From Octopus sinensis (Eukaryota), in NCBI RefSeq assembly GCF_006345805.1, contig NC_043021.1, forward strand, positions 21,700,001 to 21,764,000: a stretch of DNA of 64,000 nucleotides. Direction: 5' to 3'. The notes below the pieces were generated by a model. The model was not told the origin of the DNA, made no database searches, and was given only the letters and a program-made list of their open reading frames with translations. The stretch's first letter is position 1. Each line of letters starts with the position of its first letter. The position numbers were made by a program, and so were the translations under genes. Of this stretch, positions 13,161-26,046 are shown one piece after another.

Positions 13161-13670
13161 CACCCACTGAAAAACTATATTTGTTTCACCCTTCAGCATT
13201 TAAACCAGCCACAGTGAGCCCAAATGTTTGACCTGTTTTTATGTCCAAAATAGCCAGATCCAGCCTCTCGCACCTACCCTACAATGTCATTCTAAAAACA
13301 AACAACCACGGCACCAGAATCTCAAAGCTATGAGATAATGCATGATTAATTTTTTGAATTGTTAATAAATTAGCATAATATTTGACAGAGTAATCTATCA
13401 ATTGTGATGTAAAATGGATAGATTTCTTAATAGAATTAACAACTAATTTAGACTTAGTCTCAGGCAGATTAAGTGAGGTTGAATTAAACACAATTAATAA
13501 CTGAATTGGCTGTCTTTTCTTTTTCCCTTGTTTCAATTATTCACTAGTGTAGCTTCAGTTTGCCACCCCCAGGCAAAAGGGGTGCTGCCCCATAAAGTGC
13601 CACCAGGAGTAGACTGCCCCCTCCACCCCTCTGTAGCTACCCAAATATATACATGTTGTATATATATTTT

Positions 13671-13898
13671 TTTACTACCCACAGGGGGCTAAACACAGAG
13701 GGGACAAACAAGGACAGACAAACGGATTAAGTCGATTATATCGACCCCAGTGCGTAACTGGTACTTATTTAATCGACCCCCGAAAGGATGAAAGGCAAAG
13801 TCGACCTCGGCGGAATTTGAACTCAGAACGTAGCGGCAGACGAAATACCTCTTAGCATTTCGCCCGGCGTGCTAACGTTTCTGCCAGTTCGCCGCCTT
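13671..13898 (-). mobile_element. SINE family B (tRNA-like head ggcggcgagctggcagaaacgttagc)
   Basis: B-box gagttcaaattcc and core ctttgcctttcatcctttcggggtcgat on the minus strand. Confidence 0.9.
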
Positions 13899-15015
13899 TA
13901 ATATATGTTGTATATATTTGAATTGAATTGTACTTGTGCATAACAATTAAATTTTTTTTTTTTTGATGTTCCAAGCTTTTGGTCATGTCTGTATCAACCC
14001 CAAATGAGTAAAAGATAGAATCAACTTTAGCAGGATTTGAACTCAGAGAGTAGAAAATTGGAACAAATATCGCAATGCATTTTTCATATTCTAATGATTC
14101 TCTAAATTCATTATCTTCTTACTGAATTAGACCAAATTTTAAATGAGATTACATTGCCTCGGAGACTGGAAATCGAGTCATTCCTATAAGAATTCATCTC
14201 CAATTTCTTTGTGTGTGTGAGAGAGAGAGAAAGTTTACCCTAACACCAGACTGATTATTTTACCAACCCTGAAAGGGCAAAAAGTGAAAGTTGACCACAG
14301 TAGCTTTTGAACATAGGATCACAGAGAAAATGAACACCTAAACAGGGTGGAAGTAACTACCAGAGGCCAATCTGTTGACCTTACACATTCCAGACCACAC
14401 TTACTTGTAAAGATAAATCACTTGTAATAAATATATCAGATTTTAACACAAGGCTAGCAATTTTAGGGGTGGGAGGCAACTCAATTACATTGACCCTCCC
14501 CCTGCTACTTGACTGGGCATTATTTTACTGACCTCAAAAGGAAGAAAGGGAAAATCGACTCCAATGGAATTTTAACTCAGAACATAAAGAGCTGAGGGAA
14601 ATTCTAAGCATTTTCTCCAACAAACAAACAGTTCTGCCCTAACCAGTAGGCCATTGCGCCTCCACATATACATATATATATATAATCCAGAAAAGATTTT
14701 GTCTATAATTAATCCAAATAGGCTGGGATTTCGTTATTTTCTTTCTCTTTGCCATATACGGGTTGCAAATTCTGTTTGTTTGTGGAGACTTTTTTAATAG
14801 TAGGAGAAATGGTGACCTATTTGGCTGCCATTTCTAATATTTTCGGTATGTGGTTTGAGCAACTTGTTGCAATTAACCCTTTATTTATAAATTAAAATAT
14901 ATATATATATAATATAAAATATATATATATATATATATATATAGATATAATATGTTATATAGATATATAGATAGTATAATAGATGTATATATATATAGAT
15001 GTATATATTATGTAT

Positions 15016-15052
<37 letters not shown>

Positions 15053-15059
15053 GTATATT

Positions 15060-15159
15060 NNNNNNNNNNNNNNNNNNNNNNNNNNNNNNNNNNNNNNNNN
15101 NNNNNNNNNNNNNNNNNNNNNNNNNNNNNNNNNNNNNNNNNNNNNNNNNNNNNNNNNNN
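15060..15159. other. Assembly gap (100 N) inside (TA)n
   Basis: A run of exactly 100 N. Confidence 1.
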
Positions 15160-15527
15160 CATATGCACATACCCACAAGCATTCATGCCTACACACACAG
15201 AAGCATATATATTACGTATATATATATAGTATATATATATATATATATATACACTCATTCATACACATACATGCATACAAGTACACAGACACCATATATC
15301 AGCAGGAACAATAGTGAAAGTGAAAATAGAGATGAAACATTGATCAGAAGTTGAGCTTAGGTAGATAAAATTACATTTAATGTTTTGCCACAACTGTTGA
15401 TCTGCCATCAAGTTTCATTCACTGTCTCACATCATCTGGCTTTTTGTTGTTTAGCTTTTTTGTTGGAAAGGTGGGTGGTGATGGTGGTGGTGTTATCTCT
15501 TCATTGTATAGGAGTATGCTTACTGCT

Positions 15528-15529
<2 letters not shown>

Positions 15530-15574
<45 letters not shown>

Positions 15575-15808
15575 ATCTATCTATCTATCAACCTACCTAC
15601 CTACCTACCTACCTATCCATCTATCTGTTTATCTATCTATCTTTCAATCTATCTGTCCACCTATCTATCTTTCAATCTGTTTTTCAATCTATCTGTCTAC
15701 CTGTCAATGTATGTATGTATCTATCTATCAATCTACCAACCTACCTACCTACCTACCTACCTGCCTGCCTGCCTGCCTGCTTGCCTGCCTGCCTGCCTGC
15801 CTGCCTGC

Positions 15809-15903
<95 letters not shown>

Positions 15904-16155
15904 CCTACCTACCTACCTACCTACCTACCTACCTACCAACCTACCTATCCCTCTATCTATCTATTTATCTATCTATCTTTCAATCTATATGTCCACCTAT
16001 CTATCTTTCAATCTGTTTTTCAATCTATCTGTCTACCTGTCAATGTATGTATCTATCTATCTATCAATCTACCTACCTACCTACCTACTTACCTACCTAC
16101 CTGCCTGCCTGCCTGCCTGCCTATCTATCTATCTATCTATCCATCCATCCATCCA
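15530..16155. repeat. (TATC)/(TACC)/(TGCC) tetranucleotide array containing a duplicated ~340-bp block
   Basis: The unique word ctttcaatctgtttttcaatctatctgtctacctgtcaatg appears twice. Confidence 0.9.
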
Positions 16156-16189
16156 AAACCCACACGCACACTCGCACACTTACTAGCAT

Positions 16190-17330
16190 AGTAACTACAG
16201 GACACATGGAGAGTATTCTACCGCACCTTTCCATCCAGTCGATATGTTTAGCAAAATCTCATCAAGGTGGGCCCTTTACATTATCTGGTAGTGTTGGGGG
16301 TTCCCCATCTCGTCGGAAATAAAACTAAACATCTTCAAAGTTCTCTTCAATGCTTGGCATGACAAACTGTTGCAGCAGCAAGTTCAATTAAATAGCATCG
16401 GCCACAGAATCATCAAAGAGGAATGGTTCAATTAATTCTTTTGATGATAAGCTGCACCATAATTTAAATCTCAGTAAATTAACATGACATTACTTCGCAA
16501 TATGCAGATTCTTAGGTTCCCCCATAGGTGCAATTGTTTGATTTAAATATAGCCTCATCACTCCTAACAATTTTAATTGGAAAATGTTCATCTTCTACAC
16601 ATCTTGCTGAGAACTATTAGTCTGAGACAGTTTCATTGAGAGCATGGATTATTCTTGGGATCTAACTTTTCCAATGACACTGCTTCAAAATGCAACGAGC
16701 CCTTGATTTTGAAATTCTTGTCTCCGAATTCGTTTGCCTTACTCTCTCTTTTACTCTTTTACTTGTTTCAGTCATTTGACTGCGGCCATGCTGGAGCACC
16801 GCCTTTAATCGAGCAACTTGATCCCGGGACTTATTCTTTTGTAAGCCCAGTACTTATTCTATCGGTCTCTTTTGCCGAACCGCTAAGTAACGGGACATAA
16901 ACACACCAGCATCGGTTGTCAAGCAATGCTAGGGGGACAAACACAGACACACACAAACATATCTATATATACATATATACGACGGGTTCTTTCAGTTTCC
17001 GTCTACCAAATCCACTCACAGCTTGGTCGGCCAAAGGCTATAGTAGAAGACACTTGCCCAAGGTGCCACGCAGTGGAACTGAACCCGGACCCATGTGGTT
17101 GGTTAGCAAGCTACTTACCACACAGCCACTCCTGCGCCTATCCTATTTTTTTTATTGAACCCTTACAATACATTTCTTGTACTGTTTCTTGCTTTGTCAG
17201 GGATTTGCCAATGTCCACGGTCTTCTGGGACATCTCTTACAAACTTTCTGAAGAGTTACGTCTGCTTCGAAACTTATCCCAAATTTGAGTGACAGTAGGA
17301 TGTCATTATTTGACCACCACATGAGATCCT
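16190..17330 (-). pseudogene. Degraded Tc1/mariner-superfamily transposase split by a SINE
   Basis: Minus-strand remnants: QIWDKF (HTH region), ARCILKQCHWK..IPRIIHALNE, EDEHFPIKIVRSDEAIF (first D), FYFRRDGEPP (FQQDGAPP-like, second D) and GAVEYSP. Stops and frameshifts are present. Confidence 0.75.
16740..17139 (-). mobile_element. SINE family A, full length, inserted in the transposase relic
   Basis: Matches the family consensus. Confidence 0.9.
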
Positions 17331-17699
17331 ACAGTGGGGAATATTCCAGGGTTAGGTACTCATCCAGAACCCTTCTTTACATAAGACTGATACAAGGATG
17401 ATACAGCATCAGGATGGAGGAGGAAAACAAGCTTCAATTGTAGATTACAACATTTGTTTCTGCACTGCACAAGACACACACATGCACACACAGACATGCA
17501 CACATATGCATGCACACAGCAGGCTTCTTCCAGTTTCTGTCTACTGAGCCTACTCCCTAGGCTTCAGTTGCTCCAGTAGAAGACACTTGCCCATGGTGCT
17601 ACACCGGAGGATTGAACCAGGAGCCATGTAGTTTGAGAAACAAACTTCTTACCACACAACCTTACCTTTAGGAATTTTATTAGTTTCAGATTCGCTGTT

Positions 17700-18625
17700 G
17701 TCCTCCTCCTTTGTAACTTCTTTCTTTCTTTTTACTTCTTTCCTTCCTTGTCATTCCTTCCTTTCTCTTTTCTGTCTACCTTTCTTTCTTTCTACCTTTC
17801 TTTCTTTCTATTTTTCTTTCTTTCAATCTACCTTTTTCCTTCTTTCTTTCCTTGTCATTCCTTCCTTTCTCTTTTCTTTCTACCTTTCTTTCTTTCTATC
17901 TTTCTTCCTGTTTTTTTGTTCGTTCGTTCGTTCCTTTCTTTCATTCTTTCTTTCATTCCTTCCTACCTTCCTTTCTTTCTCTCTTTTCTTTCTTTCTTTT
18001 TCTTTCTTTCTTTGTATTTCTTTCGTTTGTTGGTTCATTCCTTTCTCTCTTTCTTCCTTTCTCTCTTTCTTCCTTTCTCTCTTCCTTTCTCTCTTTCTTC
18101 CTTTCTCTCTTTCTGCCTTTCTCTCTTTCTGCCTTTCTCTCTTCCTTCCTTTCTCTCTTCTTTCTCTCTTTCTTCCTCTCTCTCTTTCTTCCTTTCTCTC
18201 TTTCTTTATTTCTTTCTTTCTTCCTTTCTCTCTTTCTTCCTCTCTCTCTTTCTTCCTTTCTCTCTTTCTTTCTTTCTTTCTTTCTTCCTTTTTCTCTTTC
18301 TTCCTTTCTCTTTCTTCTTTTCTCTCTTTCTCCCTTTCTCTCTTCTTTCTTTCTTTCTTTCTCTCTTTCTTTCTCTCTTTCTCTCTTTCTTCCTTTCTCT
18401 ATTTCTCTCTTTCTTCCTTTCTCTCTTTCTCTCTTTCTTCCTTTCTCTCTTTCTCTCTTTCTTCCTTTCTCTCTTCTTTCTTTCTTTCTTTCTCTCTTTC
18501 TTTCTCTCTTTCTCTCTTTCTTCCTTTCTCTCTTTCTCTCTTCTTTCTTCCTTTCTTCCTTTCTCTCTTTCTTCCTTTTTCTCTTTCTTTCTTTCTTTCT
18601 TCATCTCTTTCTTCAAATTCTTTCC
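17700..18625 (+). repeat. ~900-bp polypyrimidine low-complexity tract (TC/TTTC/TTCC)
   Basis: Almost no purines on the + strand. Confidence 0.95.
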
Positions 18626-19204
18626 CTCCCAAGGCATTACCTTTACCCTATTACCAACCAACATCCATCCCCAAAACTACATTCATTCATTATTTTAACC
18701 ATTTAGCATTTTATTACAGTTTTATCCAAATACTTTTTCCTTTTTTTTCTTCTTTTGTTTCACTCCCAGACTGATTCCAAACCATGAAATGTCTTCTCTC
18801 TACCATTTCCAAATGCAAGCTGCCTGTTGTGAAATCTGTGAAAGACAGACGCTAGGCTGGCGTGCTATCAATTGGCTTTTGGTGATTCTTCACTTTAGGT
18901 TTTTAGATTCGCCGCTTCGAAATGAAAAATCAGGGAAAATCTTGATAAATCTGGAACGACTCCAAGCGTATTGCAGAAACTGGGGTTGGACATGGAATTA
19001 AATGTAGGGATGCGGAATTAAGTCTATGGAGACGGTGTGGGGGAAGCAGTGCCACAGCAAATGTTTCACTATTGGATAACAATGGCTGGGAAAAATAGTT
19101 TGGCAACGTAACATTTAACATTCTTGTTCGGGGCCATTTTATTCGGCCTTAAATCTCTTTTTCTCAGTTGTTGCTATCTCTTTATCTTACTCGTCTTCCC
19201 TTTC

Positions 19205-19506
19205 TCCATCACACACACACACACACACACCGCACACACACACACATATACATATGTGCATCTGTATATATATACATATAAATATACACACACACACACA
19301 CACACACATATACATATGTGCATCTGTATATATATACATATAAATATACACACACATACACACATATACATATGTGCATCTGTATATGTATACATATAAA
19401 TATACACACACCCACACATACACATATACATATGTGCATCTGTATATATATATATATACATATAAATATACACACACACATACACACACACATGTACATA
19501 TGTGCA

Positions 19507-19544
<38 letters not shown>

Positions 19545-19550
19545 TACATA
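19205..19550. repeat. ~60-bp minisatellite (catatgtgcatctgtatata... x5)
   Basis: The anchor word catatgtgcatctgtat appears five times. Confidence 0.85.
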
Positions 19551-20025
19551 TAAATAAAATATACACACACACACTCTCTCTCTTCTCTCTCTCTCTCTCT
19601 CAATATACTACATGCTAACATTCACAAATGAGCATTCATTCATATGCTAGCAATGCACATATATGAACATACATATATATATATTATATATATATATTAT
19701 ATATATATATATATATATGCATATGGAATTCCATATACAAATACAACACATATATATAAAATTATATATATATATATATATATATGCATATGCAATTCCA
19801 TTACACACACACACACAGCACATGTACAAAGGTTCATTTCCCATTCTGTTTTGCAATATTTTTTCCTTTTATTCTATATCTCTTGAAGTGTCATTTACTA
19901 GAAAAATAAATTACATTGAATAAACCAGAACTAAATCACTACAGAAGATATATATATATGTATATATATATATATACATATATAAACTATGTATTGGGGT
20001 TGGTTCCTTCAACCAAGCTTCTTAA

Positions 20026-20202
20026 AGGCAGTATTTCGTCTGCCATTACGTTCTGAGTTCAAATTCCGCTGAGGTTGACTTTGCCTTTCATCCTTTCTGG
20101 GTCAATTGAATAAGTACCAGTTATGCACTGGGGTATTTGTAATCGACTTAATCCCTTTGTTTGTCCCCTCTGTGTTTAGCCCCCTGTGGGCAATAAAGAA
20201 AT
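20026..20202 (+). mobile_element. SINE family B, 5'-truncated
   Basis: gtatttcgtctgccattacgttctgagttcaaattcc...caataaagaaata. Confidence 0.85.
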
Positions 20203-20243
20203 ATATATATATATGTGTTGTGTGTGTGTGTGTAAAAGTATAT

Positions 20244-20655
20244 ATCATCATCATCATCATTTAGCATCCGCTTTCCATGCTAGCATGGGTTGGACGGTGA
20301 ACTGGGGTCTGGGACACAAGAAGGCTGACAGGCTGATCTGGCAGTGTTTCTAAAGGTGGTGCTAACGCCACCCACTCCGTGAGTGTAGTGGGATGGCTTT
20401 GTACGTGTTGCTACAGATGGGGCTGGACGGCCGAACTTGCCTTACGCCACCCACCCGGCGAGTGCAACGGACACGTGGATGGTGCTTTTACGTGTCTGGC
20501 ACGGGGCAGGCGAGGCTGCACGAACGGATGGTGCTTTCAGACCGGCACGGGGCCAGGCGAGGCTGGCAACGGCCACGAACGGATGGTGCTTTTACGTGCC
20601 ACCGGCACGGGGCCAGGCGAGGCTGGCAACGGACACGAACGGATGGTGCTTTTAC
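20244..20655 (-). mobile_element. SINE family C ((GAT)n tail) with three internal ~60-bp GC-rich repeats
   Basis: Tail is catcatcat-ttagcatccgctttccatgctagcatggg. The word ggcacggggc occurs three times. Confidence 0.8.
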
Positions 20656-22177
20656 TTGTTTCATTCATGGCCATGTTGGAGCACTGTCTTGAAGAATTAT
20701 GGTTGAACGAACCAACCCTAATGTTTAGTTTTTTTTTTTTAAGCTGTTTACCTATTCTATTGATCGCTGTTTTTGCTGGACAGCAAATTTATGAGGATGT
20801 AACGCCAACCACTGGTTGTCCAGCGGTGGGGGAGGGGCTACACACACACACACACACACACATGACAGTCTTCTTTCAGATTTTGTCAGCCAAATCCACT
20901 CACAAGTTTGTTTAGTCCAAAGCTATAGTGGAAGACGCCTGCCCAAAGTGCTGTGCAGTGGGACTGAAACCAGATCCATGCTGTAGGGAAGCAAATTTCT
21001 TACCACACAGCTAGGCCCATGCCTATATACATAAATGTGTGTGTTGGTAGGTAGGCAGGTACAAGCATGGACATGTGGTTAAGGAGTTAGCTTTACGTTG
21101 GTGATGGTACTGCGTTTGACAAGACTCATCAAACCAAGTGAAATCGTAGTTGTGGCCGACCCTGGATTCATGCGACTGGCACCTGTGCCAGTGGCATGTA
21201 AACAGCTCTCATTACAGTCTTGGAGTGGTTGGCAATATTTCATCTGTCTTTACGTTCTGAGTTCAAATTCCACCAAGGTTGACTTTGCCTTTCATCCTTT
21301 CGGGGTTAATAAATTAAGTACCAGTTGTGTACTGCGGTCAATCCAATTGACTGGCCACCCACAATCCCCAAAATTTCAGGCTTTGTGTCTAGATTAGGAA
21401 AGCAGGCAAAATTGTTAACGGGCTGAACAAAATGCTTAGCATTATTTTGTCCATCTGTATGATCTGAATTCAAACCCTCCTAAGGTCGACTATGCCTTTC
21501 ATTTTTTTCTTTTTTGAGATCAATAAGTACCAGCTGAGCACTAGTGTCGATGTAATCAACTTCTCCACCTCTCACAATTGCTGGCCTTGTGCCAAAACAA
21601 GAAATAGAAACCGTGCTAAATGAGACTGGAACCTGGTGCAGCTCCTCAGATTACCAGTTACAGTCCAACCATTTAACCCATGCCAGCATGGAAAGCAGAT
21701 ACTAAATGATGATGATGAGGATGATGATGATAGTAACAGCAAACAACTATAGGTCCATGAGGGTTCAGGGAAACCTCTTGTGTGTCTGTGTATTAAGACA
21801 GCTGACCATTACCTGTGATTTTCTCCCTATTTCAAGCTCCAAGTCCTGCTGGTGGACTAAACTTGAAAACAGCCATTCTATTAGATACACGTATGATATT
21901 TACGAGGATACGCTCATGATATCACTATGGCTGTTTCTATCAATAATGGTGAGATGATCAATATTATAGTATATCTCTATGAAATTTCCTTTATTATTGA
22001 TTATTCTAGGCATTAGTTTAAGTATCAATTATTATATTATTTCTAAGTATAATGAATAACTATTATGCTTATTATAGTTATGGTATCGGTATAACATCCT
22101 CTGTAGCTGTCGGTGGTGTTTTTGCAACTATGTATGGGGTGATGATTAGTATCGTTAATGTAAATGTAATTAATATA

Positions 22178-22950
22178 GGAGGCGCAATGGCCCAGTGGTT
22201 AGGGCAGCGGACTCGCGGTCTCTCTTTGACTCTCTTTGACTTGTTTCAGTCATTTGACTGCGGTCATGCTGGAGCACCACCTTTAGTCGAGCAAATCGAC
22301 CCCGGGACTTATTCTTTGTAAGCCCAGTACTTATTCTATCGGTCTCTTTTGCCGAACCGCTAAGTGACGGGGAGATAAACACACCAGCATCGGTTGTCAA
22401 GCAATGCTAGGGACACACACACACATATACATATATATACATATATACGACAGGCTTCTTTCAGTTTCCGTCTACCAAATCCACTCACAAGGCATTGGTT
22501 GGCCCGGGGCTATAGCAGAAGACACTTGCCCAAGATGCCACGCAGTGGGACTGAACCCAGAACCATGTGGTTGGTTAGCAAGCTACTTACCACACAGCCA
22601 CTCCTCGTAGGATCGCGGTTTCGATTCCCAGACCGGGCGTTGTGAGTGTTTATTGAGCGAAAACACCTAAAGCTCCACGAGGCTCCGGCAGGGGATGGTG
22701 GTGATCCCTGCTGTACTCTTTCACCACAACTTTCTCTCACTCTTACTTCCTGTTTCTGTTGTACCTGTATTTCAAAGGGCCGGCCTTGTCACTCTCTGTG
22801 TCATGCTGAATATCCCCGAGAACTACATTAAGGGTACACGTGTCTGTGGAGTGCTTAGCCACTTACATGTTAATTTCACGAGCAGGCTGTTCCGTTGATT
22901 CGGATCAACCGGAACCCTCGTCGTCGTACACTGACGGAGTGCTTCCATCC
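22178..22950 (+). mobile_element. SINE family D, its tRNA-like head split by a nested SINE A
   Basis: A-box tggcccagtggttagggc at ~22188 and B-box ggtttcgattccc at ~22617, separated by the insertion. Confidence 0.8.
22221..22606 (-). mobile_element. SINE family A nested in SINE D
   Basis: Matches the family consensus. Confidence 0.9.
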
Positions 22951-23270
22951 ATCGTAATTAATATGGTTCAGACTACATTTTTTTCATCATCATTTAGCAG
23001 CTAATATAGTGACCTTCTATGTTATAAATACTGAACCTGTGCATATTCGTGTCCCCTAACCACAAACTGACGGATGAATGTCAACTGAAGCGGTTTCTGG
23101 GTTGTGAGGAATATAAACGATATCAATGGAAACGATGATGAAATATGCAGTTCTGCTCACATTTAATTACAGCAGCCGAATACTGCATTCAGCAGGTGAT
23201 GGAGGGGTCTGTGTTAGAGAGATGAAAAGTGATGGGGTTGTCTTGAGGAGGGGATTGGGAAAGGGGTTCA

Positions 23271-23716
23271 GTTACTCTTTACTCTTTTACTTGTTTCAGT
23301 CAGTTGACTGCGGCCATGCTGGAGCACCGCCTTTAGTCGAGTAACTCAACCCCGGGACTTATTCTTTGTAAGCCCAGTACTTATTCTATCAGTCTCTTTT
23401 GCCGAACCACTAAGTGACGGGGACATAAACACACCAGCATCGGTTGTCAGCTAGGGGAACAAACACAGACACACAAACATACACGCACACACACATATAT
23501 ATATATATATATATACATACATATATACGATGGGCTTCTTTCAGTTTCCGTCTACCAAATCCACTCACAAGGCTCTGGTCGGCCCGAGGCTATAGTAGAA
23601 GACACTTGCCCAAGTTGCCATGCAGTGGGACTGAACCCGGAACCATGTGGTTGGTAAGCAAGCTACTTACCACACAGCCACTCCTGCGCCTATACACAGC
23701 CACTCCTGCGCCTATA
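23271..23716 (-). mobile_element. SINE family A with a duplicated head 22-mer
   Basis: cacagccactcctgcgcctata occurs twice. Confidence 0.9.
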
Positions 23717-23814
23717 CACATTATGCTTCCACAACCTCAACCTTTGCCTGGATAGGCGGGTCTTCTCAAGTACCATGTATAGCCATTTATCTTGGCCCTT
23801 CACCATTTTCTCCA

Positions 23815-24055
23815 TGTGTGGAAGCAAATGGTTTAGCAGTTAGGGCGTTGGACTCATGATTGCAAGGTTGTGGTTTCGATTCCTGGACTGGGTGATGTGT
23901 TGTGTTCCTGAGCGAAACACTTCAGTTCATGTTGCCCCAGTCCACTCTGCTGGTAAAAATGAGTAATCCTGCAATGGACTGGCATCCCATCCAGGTGGGG
24001 AATATATACACCATGAAACCAGAAAACTGGCCCTTTATGAGTCAGTATGACTCAA
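23815..24055 (+). mobile_element. tRNA-head SINE with a V-domain-like core
   Basis: B-box ggtttcgattcc; the motif gcaatggactggcatcccatccagg resembles V-SINE cores (recalled). Confidence 0.55.
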
Positions 24056-24094
24056 CAAAGTAACTTTGCCCTTACCTAAATTTTCTCCATAAGG

Positions 24095-24445
24095 GTGATC
24101 TCAGTACCTTGCAATCACCCTTCTCTATCTCCTCTCATTTCTTCCCGGGTCCCCCTCTCCCACATGCAGCACTCAGCTCTTCTTTATACAGCTATCCTTA
24201 TCCATACACACCACATGTCCATACCTATGCAATCTTCTTTCTTGCACACTACATCTGATTCCTCTTATGCCCATTTCTTTTCTCCCAACACCTTTGTACA
24301 TTGCCATAGAGGAAAACTTTTCTTTGTACATCCAGTGACACATTCTAGCTTCAATTCCGTGTAGTCTTTTCAAGTCCTATGTCTCACCACCATGCAGTAT
24401 TGTACTTCTAACACAACCATCATACAATCTATCCTTCACTCTGAA
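24095..24445 (-). mobile_element. Degraded RTE-type LINE RT C-terminal fragment
   Basis: LRVKDRLYDGCVRS.ILHG.ET ... IRCSVQERRLHRYGHVVCMDKDSCIKK (RRLRWYGHV-like motif). Confidence 0.7.
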
Positions 24446-24451
24446 GTTATT

Positions 24452-24681
24452 AGGTGGCGAGCTGGCAGAAACGTTAGCACACCAGGCGAAATGCTTAGCA
24501 GTATTTCATCTAGCATTACGTTCTGAGTTCAAATTCCGCCGAGGTCGACTTTGCCTTTCATCCTTTCAGGGTCGATAAATTAAGTACCAGTTACGCACTG
24601 GGGTCGATCTAATCGACTTAATCCCTTTGTCTGTCCTTGTTTGTCCCCTCTATGTTTAGCCCCTTGTGGGCAGTAAAGAAT
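24452..24681 (+). mobile_element. SINE family B, full length
   Basis: Matches the family consensus. Confidence 0.9.
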
Positions 24682-25504
24682 ATTATCCTTCACTCTGAAG
24701 GAAAAGATCATTTTTGCAAACTATCATACTAGCTTCCTGAACTTTTTCCAACCCCTTCTTACTGTGGCTACTATATTTTCAGACAACAGCCTCTTCTACT
24801 AATTACACCTCTTATGTAACAAAAACTATTCAAATCATACTCAAATGGTAATCAAATTTATAGTTAGGGGTATTTCACCTAAAATTTCTAAACTCTCTGC
24901 CAATAAGGATATTTTTTTCTTAGAGTGCTACGTATTACAATAAAGCAGTGAATATGGATAAAATCAAGTATATTCTCAATAGTATAAATATTTTCCACTT
25001 AAGGTTGGGTAGCTATATCCCACTACATACAAACATGTTAATACCATAGATCATGATTATGATAATGAAGTAAATCAATTTAACAATAACGATAGAGACT
25101 TCAGTGTCCTATGTATCTGAATTGAATATATACTGCCATAAACTGACTATTTCTAGCAAGCTATTCGGGCATTTAAGGGCATCTTTTCCCAGTGCCCTCA
25201 TAGTAGGCACTGCTCCAGTGCAGCTATTCTTCTTCTTCTTCCAATCAGGACTCACACCATTAGCCACAAAGAATAATCTCTAATTGGAGCCTACTCTAAG
25301 CTACTAAGAGTGCATTGGGCAAATTGAAGATCCACCCACCACACTTGATAGACTGGTGGTTGCACAGGCACGAAAGCTATGTTGTTATCCTCGTTCCGTA
25401 AATGGTGGCTTTTTAATTGGTGGAGAGCTGGACCATCCTGGGGTAAAGAGGATTCGCAATCTAGACTAGGGTCTGAAAGTTTACCACACCATAGTGGGTT
25501 AGGC

Positions 25505-25720
25505 TATAGTTCCTCTGCTTTGTGGCAGAAGTAGGAAGAAAGAGTGAGAGAAAGTTGTGGTGAAAGAGTACAGCGGGGTTCACCCCAACCCCCGACAGAG
25601 TCTGGCAGAGCTTAGGTGTTTTTGCTCAATAAACACTCAGATTGGCCGGTCTGGGAATCGAAACCGCATTCTTACGACCCCGAGTCCACTGCCCTAACCA
25701 CTGGGTCATTGTGCCTCCAC
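25505..25720 (-). mobile_element. SINE family D 5' part
   Basis: Reverse complement of the 22178-22750 element without the nested insertion. Confidence 0.75.
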
Positions 25721-26046
25721 AGTGCAGCTGTCACATATGAAGTATATTTTATCTGTTAGTCTGCCTATAATTTCATGACGCTTCTTGTTTGTCCACAGAT
25801 TTCATTGAGTACAGTGCATGGCATTTTAACCTACTCCTTTCTGAATAGATAGCAAGGTCAAGGCCATTTCCCTGTAGATAGAAGATATGTATGTATGTAC
25901 GTATGCATATTATGTACATATACACACAGATGTATATGTCTATAAACACACACACATTTATATATATATACTGGAGTAAACACATAAATGTGAAACAAGT
26001 TGGAAAAAAGAGTACACGAATACCAGGGGTAGAGTAATAAAGTATA

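Noticed and set aside
15385-18774. Long ORFs of 150-358 aa (IYLS/PTYL and FLSF repeats; antisense KERK repeats)
   Set aside because: They are stop-free only because the tetranucleotide and polypyrimidine repeats lack stop codons.
18750-19120. Unique sequence after a strong polypyrimidine tract and AG, a possible exon
   Set aside because: No recognisable peptide in any frame and no convincing donor site.
22178-22640. tRNA genes suggested by A/B-box motifs here and in other SINE heads
   Set aside because: No complete cloverleaf; each head continues into a SINE body.
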